Assembly: GCA_041659805.1 (NCBI GenBank)
Contig: JBAZXP010000001.1
Location: forward strand, 192,589-256,588
DNA from: Microgenomates group bacterium
Lineage (GTDB): Bacteria; Patescibacteriota; Microgenomatia; Daviesbacterales; UBA10151
Direction of reading: 5' to 3'
DNA: 64,000 nt
Of this stretch, positions 17,385 through 26,379 are shown in pieces (the stretch's first letter is position 1; every line of letters starts with the position of its first letter). Position numbers and translations under genes: made by a program. Below the pieces are notes generated by a model that had not been told where the DNA came from, made no database searches, and saw nothing but the letters and a program-made list of their open reading frames with translations.

Positions 17385-19103
17385 ATGTCTGCCCTACTAA
17401 GAAAAGTTGTCGGTTGTCGGTTGTCGGTTATCGGCCTGTTTTTATTTATAATATTTGCAGTTAATTTCTTTATCCTCACTCCATCTGTTTTTGCAGCTGA
17501 TAACTGGCAAAAACTAAACCCTTCTAACTATCAAGACAGAATTGCTACTCAAAGATATTTTACGAATCTGATAGTTGCAGCGAATGTGGCTATGTCCGGG
17601 GAAGATCCTTTAAACGGACCTGCTTACAGCGAAAAGGTTACAGTCACGAGTACTGATGGTGCATACAACATGAATTCAGTCCCCGGTATTGGTCCGGGAG
17701 ATAAGCAAGGAGGGATGATCGGTATGGCAACTAAATCAATCGCTTCTATAATATCCACCCGTCCAACTTCCAGCCAGGAATATCTGGCTAATTTAGGAGA
17801 GAACATTGGAATCGCTCCCAAGCCTGCTTATGCTCAGATTACTGGGTCAGGACAAAATGTCATTGATCCTGTTTTAAAACTTTGGCAGGTCACCAGAAAT
17901 ATTGCCTATACTGGTTTTATTTTGGTCTTCATGGCAGCAGGAGTCATGATCATGTTCCGCCAAAAACTTAATCCTCAAACAGTCATTGGAATTCAACAGG
18001 CATTACCAGGCATTGTGGTCGGTTTAATTTTGGTTACCTTTAGCTATTTTATCGCAGCACTCATTGTTGATTTGTCGTTTGTCGGCACCCGGCTGGTTAC
18101 TGAAATATTTGTGAGTTCAGGAGAAACTAATTACTTCGGATGCACAGTGAAATGTGAAGAGGGTGGAAATCCCAAGCAAAAAAATATAGACGGGCTTCGT
18201 CAAACTTATAAAGATTCCGATGCTTTTAATATGTTTCAAAGAGTTGCTTTAAGAGTAAATAATGTCACTGATGTATTTAGAAATGTCTGGGGAACGCTGA
18301 TCACTAATCCTGATGTCCCACCTGAACCAGAAAGCCAGGAAGCTTTACTGCAAAGACTTAGTGTAACAACACCTCTTCCAGGTGATGAAGCTGCAGTATC
18401 ATTTGCTGGAGCAGGAGGGGCAGTAATCAAAGATCAGGGAATTCAGGGAGTAGTTGCAATGGGTGTTGCAACAATCGCTTCTTTGTTGGTTCCTCTAATC
18501 TTAATGATTGCTTTAATGATTCAATTTATTAAATTAATTATCGCCTTGCTGATATCATATTTACAGATCTTGTTGATGGTTATTTTTGGACCAATCTTAA
18601 TTATGGTTTCTGCCATCCCAGGCAGAGGGGGTGCATTAAGCTACTGGTTAAAAGCTCTTTTTGCAAATGCTTTAGTTTTTCCAGCTGTTTTTGCCGGATT
18701 TTTGTTTGCCGGTTTACTTTTAGAATGGGCTGGTACCAGCGGACCTACTTTTACAGCCAACATGCCTATGTTTGGGGGGTTACATGCTAATGTCCTAAAA
18801 TCATTACTGGCTTTTGGGGTTTTGCTGGGATTACCTGCAATTCCTGATATGGTCAGAGATGCCATGGGAGTTAAAACTCCTCAAGGATTTATGAAAGCAG
18901 CTGTGGGTGGATTTATGGGTGGAATCGGAGGTGCTCAAGCAGGTTATGGTCAGGCTATGCAGCGAACTGGTCTGTCAGCAAGAAAAGAAGCTATGGAGAA
19001 AGCACAACTGGAAACGGCTGCGCACAATCGTCCTGGAGAAGGCGGACCACAAAATACAGGAGAAAGAATATTGTCTTGGTTGCCGAGTGGTGGACGACGT
19101 TAA
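17385..19103 (+). CDS. VirB6/TrbL-like polytopic membrane protein of the CPR T4SS
   Basis: LWQVTRNIAY...IMFR...LILVTFSY.IA.L.VD; multiple TMs; Gly-rich C-tail; T4SS context. Confidence 0.7.
   Translation: MSALLRKVVGCRLSVIGLFLFIIFAVNFFILTPSVFAADNWQKLNPSNYQDRIATQRYFTNLIVAANVAMSGEDPLNGPAYSEKVTVTSTDGAYNMNSVPGIGPGDKQGGMIGMATKSIASIISTRPTSSQEYLANLGENIGIAPKPAYAQITGSGQNVIDPVLKLWQVTRNIAYTGFILVFMAAGVMIMFRQKLNPQTVIGIQQALPGIVVGLILVTFSYFIAALIVDLSFVGTRLVTEIFVSSGETNYFGCTVKCEEGGNPKQKNIDGLRQTYKDSDAFNMFQRVALRVNNVTDVFRNVWGTLITNPDVPPEPESQEALLQRLSVTTPLPGDEAAVSFAGAGGAVIKDQGIQGVVAMGVATIASLLVPLILMIALMIQFIKLIIALLISYLQILLMVIFGPILIMVSAIPGRGGALSYWLKALFANALVFPAVFAGFLFAGLLLEWAGTSGPTFTANMPMFGGLHANVLKSLLAFGVLLGLPAIPDMVRDAMGVKTPQGFMKAAVGGFMGGIGGAQAGYGQAMQRTGLSARKEAMEKAQLETAAHNRPGEGGPQNTGERILSWLPSGGRR
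17406..17433. repeat. heptamer repeat in the VirB6-like N-terminus
   Basis: gttgtcg x3 + gttatcg. Confidence 0.75.
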
Positions 19104-19107
19104 TGGT

Positions 19108-21081
19108 TTATCTGCCTATATCGCTAAACCCTTGTTTAAATATGTGACCCAATACACCTAAAATAAAGCCTATAATGCCATCTTTTACAGTCGACGCCAA
19201 ATTTGCTACTCTCCAATAACGACCGAGCGCTTTTTCTAAAACTTTTTTTCTGGTATCCAAGGTAAAAAACGGTGGCTTGTTTGGATCAGTTAACCCTGCA
19301 AGATCATTTGCCATAGATACAATTTCAGCGTTGTTATATTTTGGTTTGCCTGTCCTTTCTTCTCTCGTGGTTTGGGCAAAATCAATAAAATCAACCGCTA
19401 AGGCTTCTTTTGCCTCATCTTGATTTTTTTTTGAAAAAGCAAAAGCATCCATTAACTTACGTAAAGATTCAACAGTTGGATTCCTTAAATAGCTTTCAGA
19501 TGTCTTGGTTAAAGCATCTCGCACACCTTCTGCACCCTGAACACATCTACTAGCCCAAAGGCCCATTAAACCTCTCCCCATTGGACTAAAATCACGACCT
19601 TCCAATTTTTTAAAATCTACTCGGCCAACCTTACCGCCCGCATTATGATCTTTTCTGTCTAACCATTCCATTCCTGGTACACCATATTTAATAAAACCAC
19701 TTTCTTTTTCAAACAGACTTGCAACCCCTTCATTTCTGGTAAAAAAATCTCCCCCATAACAATCAACCTTATTAATTAATTGAACATGAGCATGTATTGT
19801 TGCCTGTTCTTTAATGACCAAATCACGCTGTTTCATGGTTCTTCTGGTATCATAATCACAGCCATCGCCTCCTCCTATCCAATCAAACTTTACCTCTCTT
19901 TTATGTTGTTTACCATCAGGGTCAGTAACATAATATACAGCGCCATTAAGCTTTTTTCCTTCATAATAATCGTCTGTAATACGAAGTTCTTCTGGTATTG
20001 GCTCTAATACCGGTAATTCAGGAAGGGGTGTTTTATTTTCTACTGCGTCTTCTAGATCTTTTTTATATTTTCGATATTCTGCTATCTGTCTTTTTTGATA
20101 TATAGACCATTTGCTTTCTGCAACCCATACATCCTTACCGTCTTTGTCTTTTTTCTTTTCCGTAAACACCATAATTCCTTTATCAACCAAAGAATCAAAC
20201 ATCACAGCCCGGCAAGTAAAGCGGAACATTCTTTCTGCTAAAAGTTGTGCTGCTGCATAATCTTCTGGTTTACCTCCAAATTCTTTGACTAAATGTCCCT
20301 GAACTTTTGCGGCAAACAACGGTCTGTTCTCAAACGCACTAAAAACAGTAAATTCTTCGCCGTGTTCCTCGTAATATTGCAGGGCCTGAATAAAAGGATT
20401 AAATTCTGTTTCTGTTTTTGGACTAATTTGTTTCATTCCATAGATGGCAGTGAAGTGTTCTGGCTGCAGTTTTTCCTGAGCAGCTTTTATTACCACATTA
20501 AGATCAGAGGAGTTTTCATATTGCAGAGAAATCTCACGGAAAATCATTCTGGCTTCTACTTCTTCCAGCATATTTTTTGCTTCATCTTGCATATTTTTTG
20601 CTTCAGAATACGCCCTTTTTTCTTCATCCGTCTCTCCTAAAGGAATTTCTTCCCCTTTTAAGCTGCCTAAAATTGAATTTATTCGGGTATACTCAGTAGT
20701 AATTTGTTGGCTGAGACTGCCTTTTTCCAGTTCTATTCTGCTTAAAAGAGCTCTGGTCCTTTTGCGGGCTACTTCCGCATCCTTTGGCCAATAAACCCAC
20801 ATTTGGCGTTGCATTTGATCAAAAATTCTAACTGATTTAAACCCCGGTTTTTCAGGAAGCGGGGAATATCTTTCCACTATTTCCCAAGGCAGAAGCCTTG
20901 GATCTACCTCACGACGTCCGGTATAAGGATCAATTGTTTCCTCATCTTCTATATCTACATGGGGGGTTGCAGCGCGTCTTTCCTCTGCAGGCCTAGCTGC
21001 CGCTGCTTCTGTGGGTGGTATTCCTCCTGTTTCAGGTCCTGGACCTGTTCCTCCATCTGGCATAATTCTTTCTCTTTCCAT
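19108..21081 (-). CDS. large charged hypothetical protein with hydrophobic C-terminal helix
   Basis: 657-aa ORF with GGAGG RBS; no recognised family. Confidence 0.75.
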   Translation of the reverse strand: MERERIMPDGGTGPGPETGGIPPTEAAAARPAEERRAATPHVDIEDEETIDPYTGRREVDPRLLPWEIVERYSPLPEKPGFKSVRIFDQMQRQMWVYWPKDAEVARKRTRALLSRIELEKGSLSQQITTEYTRINSILGSLKGEEIPLGETDEEKRAYSEAKNMQDEAKNMLEEVEARMIFREISLQYENSSDLNVVIKAAQEKLQPEHFTAIYGMKQISPKTETEFNPFIQALQYYEEHGEEFTVFSAFENRPLFAAKVQGHLVKEFGGKPEDYAAAQLLAERMFRFTCRAVMFDSLVDKGIMVFTEKKKDKDGKDVWVAESKWSIYQKRQIAEYRKYKKDLEDAVENKTPLPELPVLEPIPEELRITDDYYEGKKLNGAVYYVTDPDGKQHKREVKFDWIGGGDGCDYDTRRTMKQRDLVIKEQATIHAHVQLINKVDCYGGDFFTRNEGVASLFEKESGFIKYGVPGMEWLDRKDHNAGGKVGRVDFKKLEGRDFSPMGRGLMGLWASRCVQGAEGVRDALTKTSESYLRNPTVESLRKLMDAFAFSKKNQDEAKEALAVDFIDFAQTTREERTGKPKYNNAEIVSMANDLAGLTDPNKPPFFTLDTRKKVLEKALGRYWRVANLASTVKDGIIGFILGVLGHIFKQGFSDIGR

Positions 21082-21171
21082 AAACCCTCCTTTTCTTAAC
21101 CCAAGCCTAAAAATTGCCTGAATTATATCCTAAAGCAGAGCTTATATCAAATTTAGTATAGCACAACTAAT

Positions 21172-22203
21172 CTATGCTGCCTGCCCTGGAGACCAACCGC
21201 AAACCCTGTCTTCCCCATCCTCTCCTTTAATCCTCCCAGGACAACTGGTAAGCTCTCCTCTTTCCATTCTTTTCTCTTCATCAGGACCGGGCTCCCAGCC
21301 ACACTTTCGGCATCTGACTTTCTCGCAACCTGTACTCACTTCCTGGGAATTCCCGGCAAAAACATTAAAAGCAGTATTGGCTTTAGGTGGACAGCTGGAA
21401 CCTCTATTTCCGACCATACCGGATCTTCCTGCTATATTTACAAATTTTTCCACATTAACCCTGCCTGTATCAGCTGCTGTTTGTTGATATATATCCAAAG
21501 CCTGATTTACTGTTTGTTGCTTTAAGATTAAATCTTCACCGTTTCTGACTTGTCTGACCTGCTTTAAGGAAATATCAGGCAACAGCTCCTCTAATATATA
21601 AGTCCAGTCGCAATTATCACTTAATTCAAGAGGAATAGACCGCACTTCGTCATTTGATGAAAAATACGGCTTATTATGAGAATAATTCGCCAAACCCCGG
21701 GCAAACTCCAAACATTTAGCTTCTTTTATATCCAAAACAATGGCCCTGTTAAATAAAATCTGTTTCCCGTCTTGTTCCCTGATTTCACTGACAATAATCT
21801 TAGAAACCGAATAGGCTCCAGCCTCTGGTGGACTAACCCAGGCAATAACGCCTGACTTTTTACCCTTAACTATCTTTTGTATACTGTCAAAAGCCTGAAA
21901 TTCTAACTCTCCGACTTTGGAATCTCGTAAAATAACTTCTTCTACTAATTTACCGGTAACAGGGGAAAGAAGTTTACCATCTTCACGGATTGTATAAAAG
22001 TAAGGATCAGGAATTCTTTTTGTTTCCATGCATAAAGAAGCAACCTCTTCCGCAAATTGAGTTTTTGGCTTGCCCTCCCAGGCGCGGGCGCCATCTCTAA
22101 GCTCCCGAATACCAATACTATTATCTTGAGACGGAATAGAACTACTCTGAGGTCTTAAATGGGCATCTATTGAGGAGTCTGTTAAAGTTTCTAATCTGGT
22201 CAT
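21172..22203 (-). CDS. hypothetical protein with C-terminal Zn-ribbon-like cysteines
   Basis: 343 aa; WVSPP motif; CRKCGW...CPG...CGW. Confidence 0.75.
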   Translation of the reverse strand: MTRLETLTDSSIDAHLRPQSSSIPSQDNSIGIRELRDGARAWEGKPKTQFAEEVASLCMETKRIPDPYFYTIREDGKLLSPVTGKLVEEVILRDSKVGELEFQAFDSIQKIVKGKKSGVIAWVSPPEAGAYSVSKIIVSEIREQDGKQILFNRAIVLDIKEAKCLEFARGLANYSHNKPYFSSNDEVRSIPLELSDNCDWTYILEELLPDISLKQVRQVRNGEDLILKQQTVNQALDIYQQTAADTGRVNVEKFVNIAGRSGMVGNRGSSCPPKANTAFNVFAGNSQEVSTGCEKVRCRKCGWEPGPDEEKRMERGELTSCPGRIKGEDGEDRVCGWSPGQAA

Positions 22204-22224
22204 AGTTTCCTGCTCGGGACAAAT

Positions 22225-22408
22225 GCGGTTCGGTCTCCTGGCTTAATCAGAGTATCGGCATATCAGCAAATCAGCAGATCAGAAATAAATATCTGACACG
22301 CTGACTCGCCGACACACTGACAAACTGAAATTACAGTTGCGGCACAGCTCCCGAGTCTCACGGGATTCCCATTTACCTTAACTCTTTTTAACGAGTGGTA
22401 AACCGCCC
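22225..22408 (-). promoter_or_regulatory. cobalamin riboswitch-like element
   Basis: Minus strand: GCGGTT...AATGGGAATCCCGTGAGACTCGGGAGCTGTGCCGCAACTGTA...AAGCCAGGAGACCGAACCGC; P1 GCGGTT/AACCGC; B12-box-like 3' end. Confidence 0.82.
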
Positions 22409-22412
22409 TTTT

Positions 22413-22441
22413 AAATTACACAACTATGTTGTTTTTGTCAA
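22413..22441 (-). promoter_or_regulatory. sigma70-like promoter upstream of the riboswitch
   Basis: TTGACA-N17-TAATTT on the minus strand. Confidence 0.5.
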
Positions 22442-22540
22442 TTCCCATCATGAAAGCACCAGATACATTAAGAATAGGCTAAATTGATCTCTTTTGAGAT
22501 GCTTGCGAGTAAAGTTTTCACGAGTTATACATAAAGGACT

Positions 22541-23725
22541 ATGGAACCACATCCTATTCCACAAAATGTAACTTCTTTTGAATTCCACTTAGTAGGGGAT
22601 ATGACTCTAAAACAATTTATTTATTTAGGAGCCGGACTCGGTACTGCTTATTTACTATACGCCACACTCTTTTTTTCAATCCCTGTTTTAGCTATCCCAT
22701 TAATCCTTATTTCCAGCGTGCTTGGAATAGCTTTTGCTTTTGTGCCTATTTACGACCGGCCTTTTGATCATTGGGTTGGTGCTTTTTTCAGAGCTGTTTA
22801 TTCACCGACAAAGGGTTCCTTTAAACTAAGATCTAATCCTAAGTTAAAGGTTACTCCTAGTGATCCTTTTTTACAAAACAGGCTACAGCTATACCTTTCT
22901 TCCATGGGAATGACTGTTAATCTTTGGGATAAGCAAATTCCGACTGCACCTGCCACATCTACCCCCACTCCAACACCAGCAATCCCTGAGATTAAGGAGA
23001 TTAAAGAATCAGAAAAACAGGCTACCTTAGCAGAAAATATCTTAACTAAAACTTTAGGGAATATCCAAGCCCAAGCTCAACCGGAAAGTACCAGTCATCT
23101 ACCTTCCCAACAGGAATTAACAAATCTAGTGGAGATGGCTAGACAAGCACAAGTCTTGCAGGGAAAAATATCTGATACAGAAAAATTAATTAAACAGATG
23201 ACAACCACAACTAAGCAGACAGAAACAACCCAGATTCAGTCCAGTTTAAAAGCTCTCTTACAACAAACAGAAGAGTTATACCAAAAAACTTCCAGCATGA
23301 CTCAGGCAACAACACATACAACTGCTGCCCAACAACTGCCGCAAACAGTACCGATAACACCGGCCCCACCTATTTTAACTCAACCGGCAGTTGCTCCGAA
23401 GGTAACAATAGTCCAACCTTTGGCACACAAGGAAACGCAGGTAGTTTTAACCTCAACTCCGAATGTTATTAACGGCATTGTCGGTGATGATGCCGGAAAT
23501 TTCCTGGAAAATGTCATCGTAATTATTCACGATAAAGACGGAATGCCTGTCCGGGCTTTAAAAACAAATAAATTAGGCCAGTTTGCAGGAGCGACACCTT
23601 TACCTTTAGGTGTTTATACAATCACCCTGGAAAAAGAACATTTTACCTTTCAAACATTACAAATAACGCTTGATAATTCAGTGCTTGGACCTCTTCGAAT
23701 AGTTGCTAAAAGAGGAGGACAATAA
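22541..23725 (+). CDS. prgI: PrgI-family (VirB3-like) protein with C-terminal carboxypeptidase-regulatory-like domain
   Basis: HPIPQNVTSFEFHLVGDMTLKQF, two TMs, DRPFDHW; C-terminal RALKTNKLGQF. Confidence 0.8.
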   Translation: MEPHPIPQNVTSFEFHLVGDMTLKQFIYLGAGLGTAYLLYATLFFSIPVLAIPLILISSVLGIAFAFVPIYDRPFDHWVGAFFRAVYSPTKGSFKLRSNPKLKVTPSDPFLQNRLQLYLSSMGMTVNLWDKQIPTAPATSTPTPTPAIPEIKEIKESEKQATLAENILTKTLGNIQAQAQPESTSHLPSQQELTNLVEMARQAQVLQGKISDTEKLIKQMTTTTKQTETTQIQSSLKALLQQTEELYQKTSSMTQATTHTTAAQQLPQTVPITPAPPILTQPAVAPKVTIVQPLAHKETQVVLTSTPNVINGIVGDDAGNFLENVIVIIHDKDGMPVRALKTNKLGQFAGATPLPLGVYTITLEKEHFTFQTLQITLDNSVLGPLRIVAKRGGQ

Positions 23726-24632
23726 TTTGACTACCAGCCAAGAATTTATTCCGATTAGCGATGTCAGTAAAAATTTAGTATTTCAAAAAGACGGATCTGT
23801 AGCAATTATCCTCTCTGTCTCAGCCGTTAATTTCGCACTTCTGTTTGAAACTGAACAAATTTCCATTATTGATTCATTCGCAGGTCTTTTGAATTCCTTA
23901 TCCTTTCCCATTCAAATTGTAATTTATTCCAAAATCATGGACGTTTCTTCCTATTTGCATACAATTGACAATGCCCTTGCCCGTCAAGCCAACCCTCTAC
24001 TTAAATCAATGACCTTAAAATACCGTGATTTTGTGGAAAAAAGCATTAAAGATAACAATGTTCTGGATAAAAGGTTCTATGTTTGCATTAAATTAACGTC
24101 TTTAGAATTAGGTCTACTTCCTTCCAATATGGAAGAAAAAACAAAAAAAGTTACAACACTCCTTGAACCAAGACGGGACCATTTGATCAGACAACTAGAC
24201 CGACTTGGCTTAAAGGCAAAGCAGCTAACAACAGAGGAAATCATTAAATTATTTTATGAAATCTATAACCCGCCCATTACAACAAGTGCTGACTTACCTG
24301 TACAAAGCAATGTCAAGGCTACTCCCTTATTGGAAATCCATCAGCCACCCGCCAACCCTCCGACGGACGCACCAAGGGTAGAAAATAATCTGCCGCCAAA
24401 ACTCCGGCCGATTAAACCGGCTTTGACTCAACCGAGCATTCCAGCACCTGCTGTAAAACCGACAGCTCAAACAACGATTCTTGTTCCGGTCGCCACGGCA
24501 GCACCGGTAGTGACGGTTCCAATCACACAACCGCCAGTCAATCCGACACCAACGCCTATCCTTAACCAAGCCGCTCCGCAACACAATAGCCCTTTTGTGG
24601 TAGAAGAGCTACCTGATGACGATGGATCCTAA
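23703..24632 (+). CDS. TraC/VirB4 N-terminal-like protein with Pro-rich tail
   Basis: SAVNFALL...SFAGLLNSLSFPIQI...KRFY...LFYEIYNP. Confidence 0.7.
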   Translation: MLKEEDNNLTTSQEFIPISDVSKNLVFQKDGSVAIILSVSAVNFALLFETEQISIIDSFAGLLNSLSFPIQIVIYSKIMDVSSYLHTIDNALARQANPLLKSMTLKYRDFVEKSIKDNNVLDKRFYVCIKLTSLELGLLPSNMEEKTKKVTTLLEPRRDHLIRQLDRLGLKAKQLTTEEIIKLFYEIYNPPITTSADLPVQSNVKATPLLEIHQPPANPPTDAPRVENNLPPKLRPIKPALTQPSIPAPAVKPTAQTTILVPVATAAPVVTVPITQPPVNPTPTPILNQAAPQHNSPFVVEELPDDDGS

Positions 24633-26379
24633 GCAAAAACAACTAACATTTGAAGATGCAGTGGCACCCTATGAAATGGAGATGGATTTTTCGTTCCTAA
24701 AAATTAATCACCGCTATTTACGTTCTTTTTTTGTATCTGCTTATCCCCGTTATGTTGAACCAAACTGGCTGGAACCGTTAATTTCTTTTGAACATTCAAT
24801 GATTTTATCCATGTTCATCTACCCCACCAGCTCAGCCGGAATCTTAGATGATTTAAAAAGAAAAATTGCGGAAATGGAGGCCACTATCCAAACTGATCTA
24901 GAACGGGGACGAGTTGTTAATCCAACTGTAACAATAGCACTTGATGACGCCAAGCAGTTACAGGAACAACTAGCTAAAGGCTCGGAACGATTTTTCCAGT
25001 TTAGTTTATATATCGATGTCCCTGCAGATTCCATAGAAGAGCTAAACAATAAATCACAATTAGTCCAATCCACCCTGGGTAGTATTTCAATTACTTCGCA
25101 TCCGTTAATGCTCCAGATGAAAGAAGGGTTTGAAAGCACTTTGCCTTTGGGACAAGACCCTTTGTATTTGGCACATAATATGGATACCACCTCTCTTGCC
25201 ACCACTTTTCCTTTTGTCTCATCAGAGCTTACTTCTCCGGACGGAGTAATCTATGGCATTAATGCACATAACGATTCCTTAATTATTTTTGACAGGTTTA
25301 GTCAGGAAAACGCCAATTCAGTAGTTTTTGCCACAGCCGGAGCCGGAAAATCTTATTTTGTGAAACTGGAATCACTGCGTTCATTGATGCTGGGCGCTGA
25401 AATAATTATCATTGATCCGGAAAAAGAATATGTCGATTTAGCCAATGCTGTGGGAGGAGATTATATTAATTTCTCTACTGCCTCCCCGGTTAAAATCAAT
25501 CCTTTTGACTTGCCTGATATAGCCAACAGCGAAGAAGACGAGTTGGGAAGAAAGATTTTATCTTTAACCGGTTTTTTAAGGTTGGTTTTAGGCGATTTGA
25601 CTGCCAATGAAGTTGCAGTTTTAGACCGGGCTTTAAATGCCACTTATAAATTAAAAGGTATTACTGCCAATGTTTTTAATAAAGCTGACCCTACCAGTAA
25701 ACAAAAAATCGAAGCTCCGTTAATGGAAGATTTATATAAGATTTTAATCGGTATGGAAGACACTATGGCTGGCAGTCTGGCAATCCGTTTGGAAAGGTTT
25801 ATTAAAGGCTCTTTGGCAGGCATTTTTTCTGCCCAATCCAATATCAATATCAATAACCCTTTTACTGTTTTTTCGGTTCGTGAATTGCCTGATCAACTGC
25901 GACCTTTGGCAATGTATTTAATATTGGATTATATTTGGACCAAAATCAGACGCGAGATTAAAAAAAGAATTTTAGTAGTGGATGAAGCCTGGTATATGAT
26001 GAAGTATCCTGATTCAGCTTCTTTTTTAGTGGAGATGGTCAAGCGGTCCCGAAAATATTACCTGGGTGTCACCACCATATCTCAGGATGTGGAAGACTTT
26101 TTAGGGCAAGACCGGGGTAAGGAAATTATCTCCAACTCAGCTATGCAAATTTTATTAAAACAAGCGCCTGTTTCCATTGAAAAAATAGGAGCTGTTTTTA
26201 ATCTGTCTCAAGGAGAAAAAAGACTACTAACCACTGCAGGTGTCGGACAAGGGCTCTTTTTTGCAGGCAATGTGCATATTGCCATGTCAATTGTGGCCTC
26301 AGATGAAGAACATCAGCTGATCACTACTAACCCAAGAGAAATTTTAGAACGCCAGGAAAAAGAAAAAGGAGATAAATAG
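24616..26379 (+). CDS. virB4: VirB4-like T4SS ATPase
   Basis: Walker A ATAGAGKS, IIIDPEKEY, INPFD, Walker B LVVDEAW, RSRKY, ISQDVEDF. Confidence 0.9.
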   Translation: MTMDPKQKQLTFEDAVAPYEMEMDFSFLKINHRYLRSFFVSAYPRYVEPNWLEPLISFEHSMILSMFIYPTSSAGILDDLKRKIAEMEATIQTDLERGRVVNPTVTIALDDAKQLQEQLAKGSERFFQFSLYIDVPADSIEELNNKSQLVQSTLGSISITSHPLMLQMKEGFESTLPLGQDPLYLAHNMDTTSLATTFPFVSSELTSPDGVIYGINAHNDSLIIFDRFSQENANSVVFATAGAGKSYFVKLESLRSLMLGAEIIIIDPEKEYVDLANAVGGDYINFSTASPVKINPFDLPDIANSEEDELGRKILSLTGFLRLVLGDLTANEVAVLDRALNATYKLKGITANVFNKADPTSKQKIEAPLMEDLYKILIGMEDTMAGSLAIRLERFIKGSLAGIFSAQSNININNPFTVFSVRELPDQLRPLAMYLILDYIWTKIRREIKKRILVVDEAWYMMKYPDSASFLVEMVKRSRKYYLGVTTISQDVEDFLGQDRGKEIISNSAMQILLKQAPVSIEKIGAVFNLSQGEKRLLTTAGVGQGLFFAGNVHIAMSIVASDEEHQLITTNPREILERQEKEKGDK

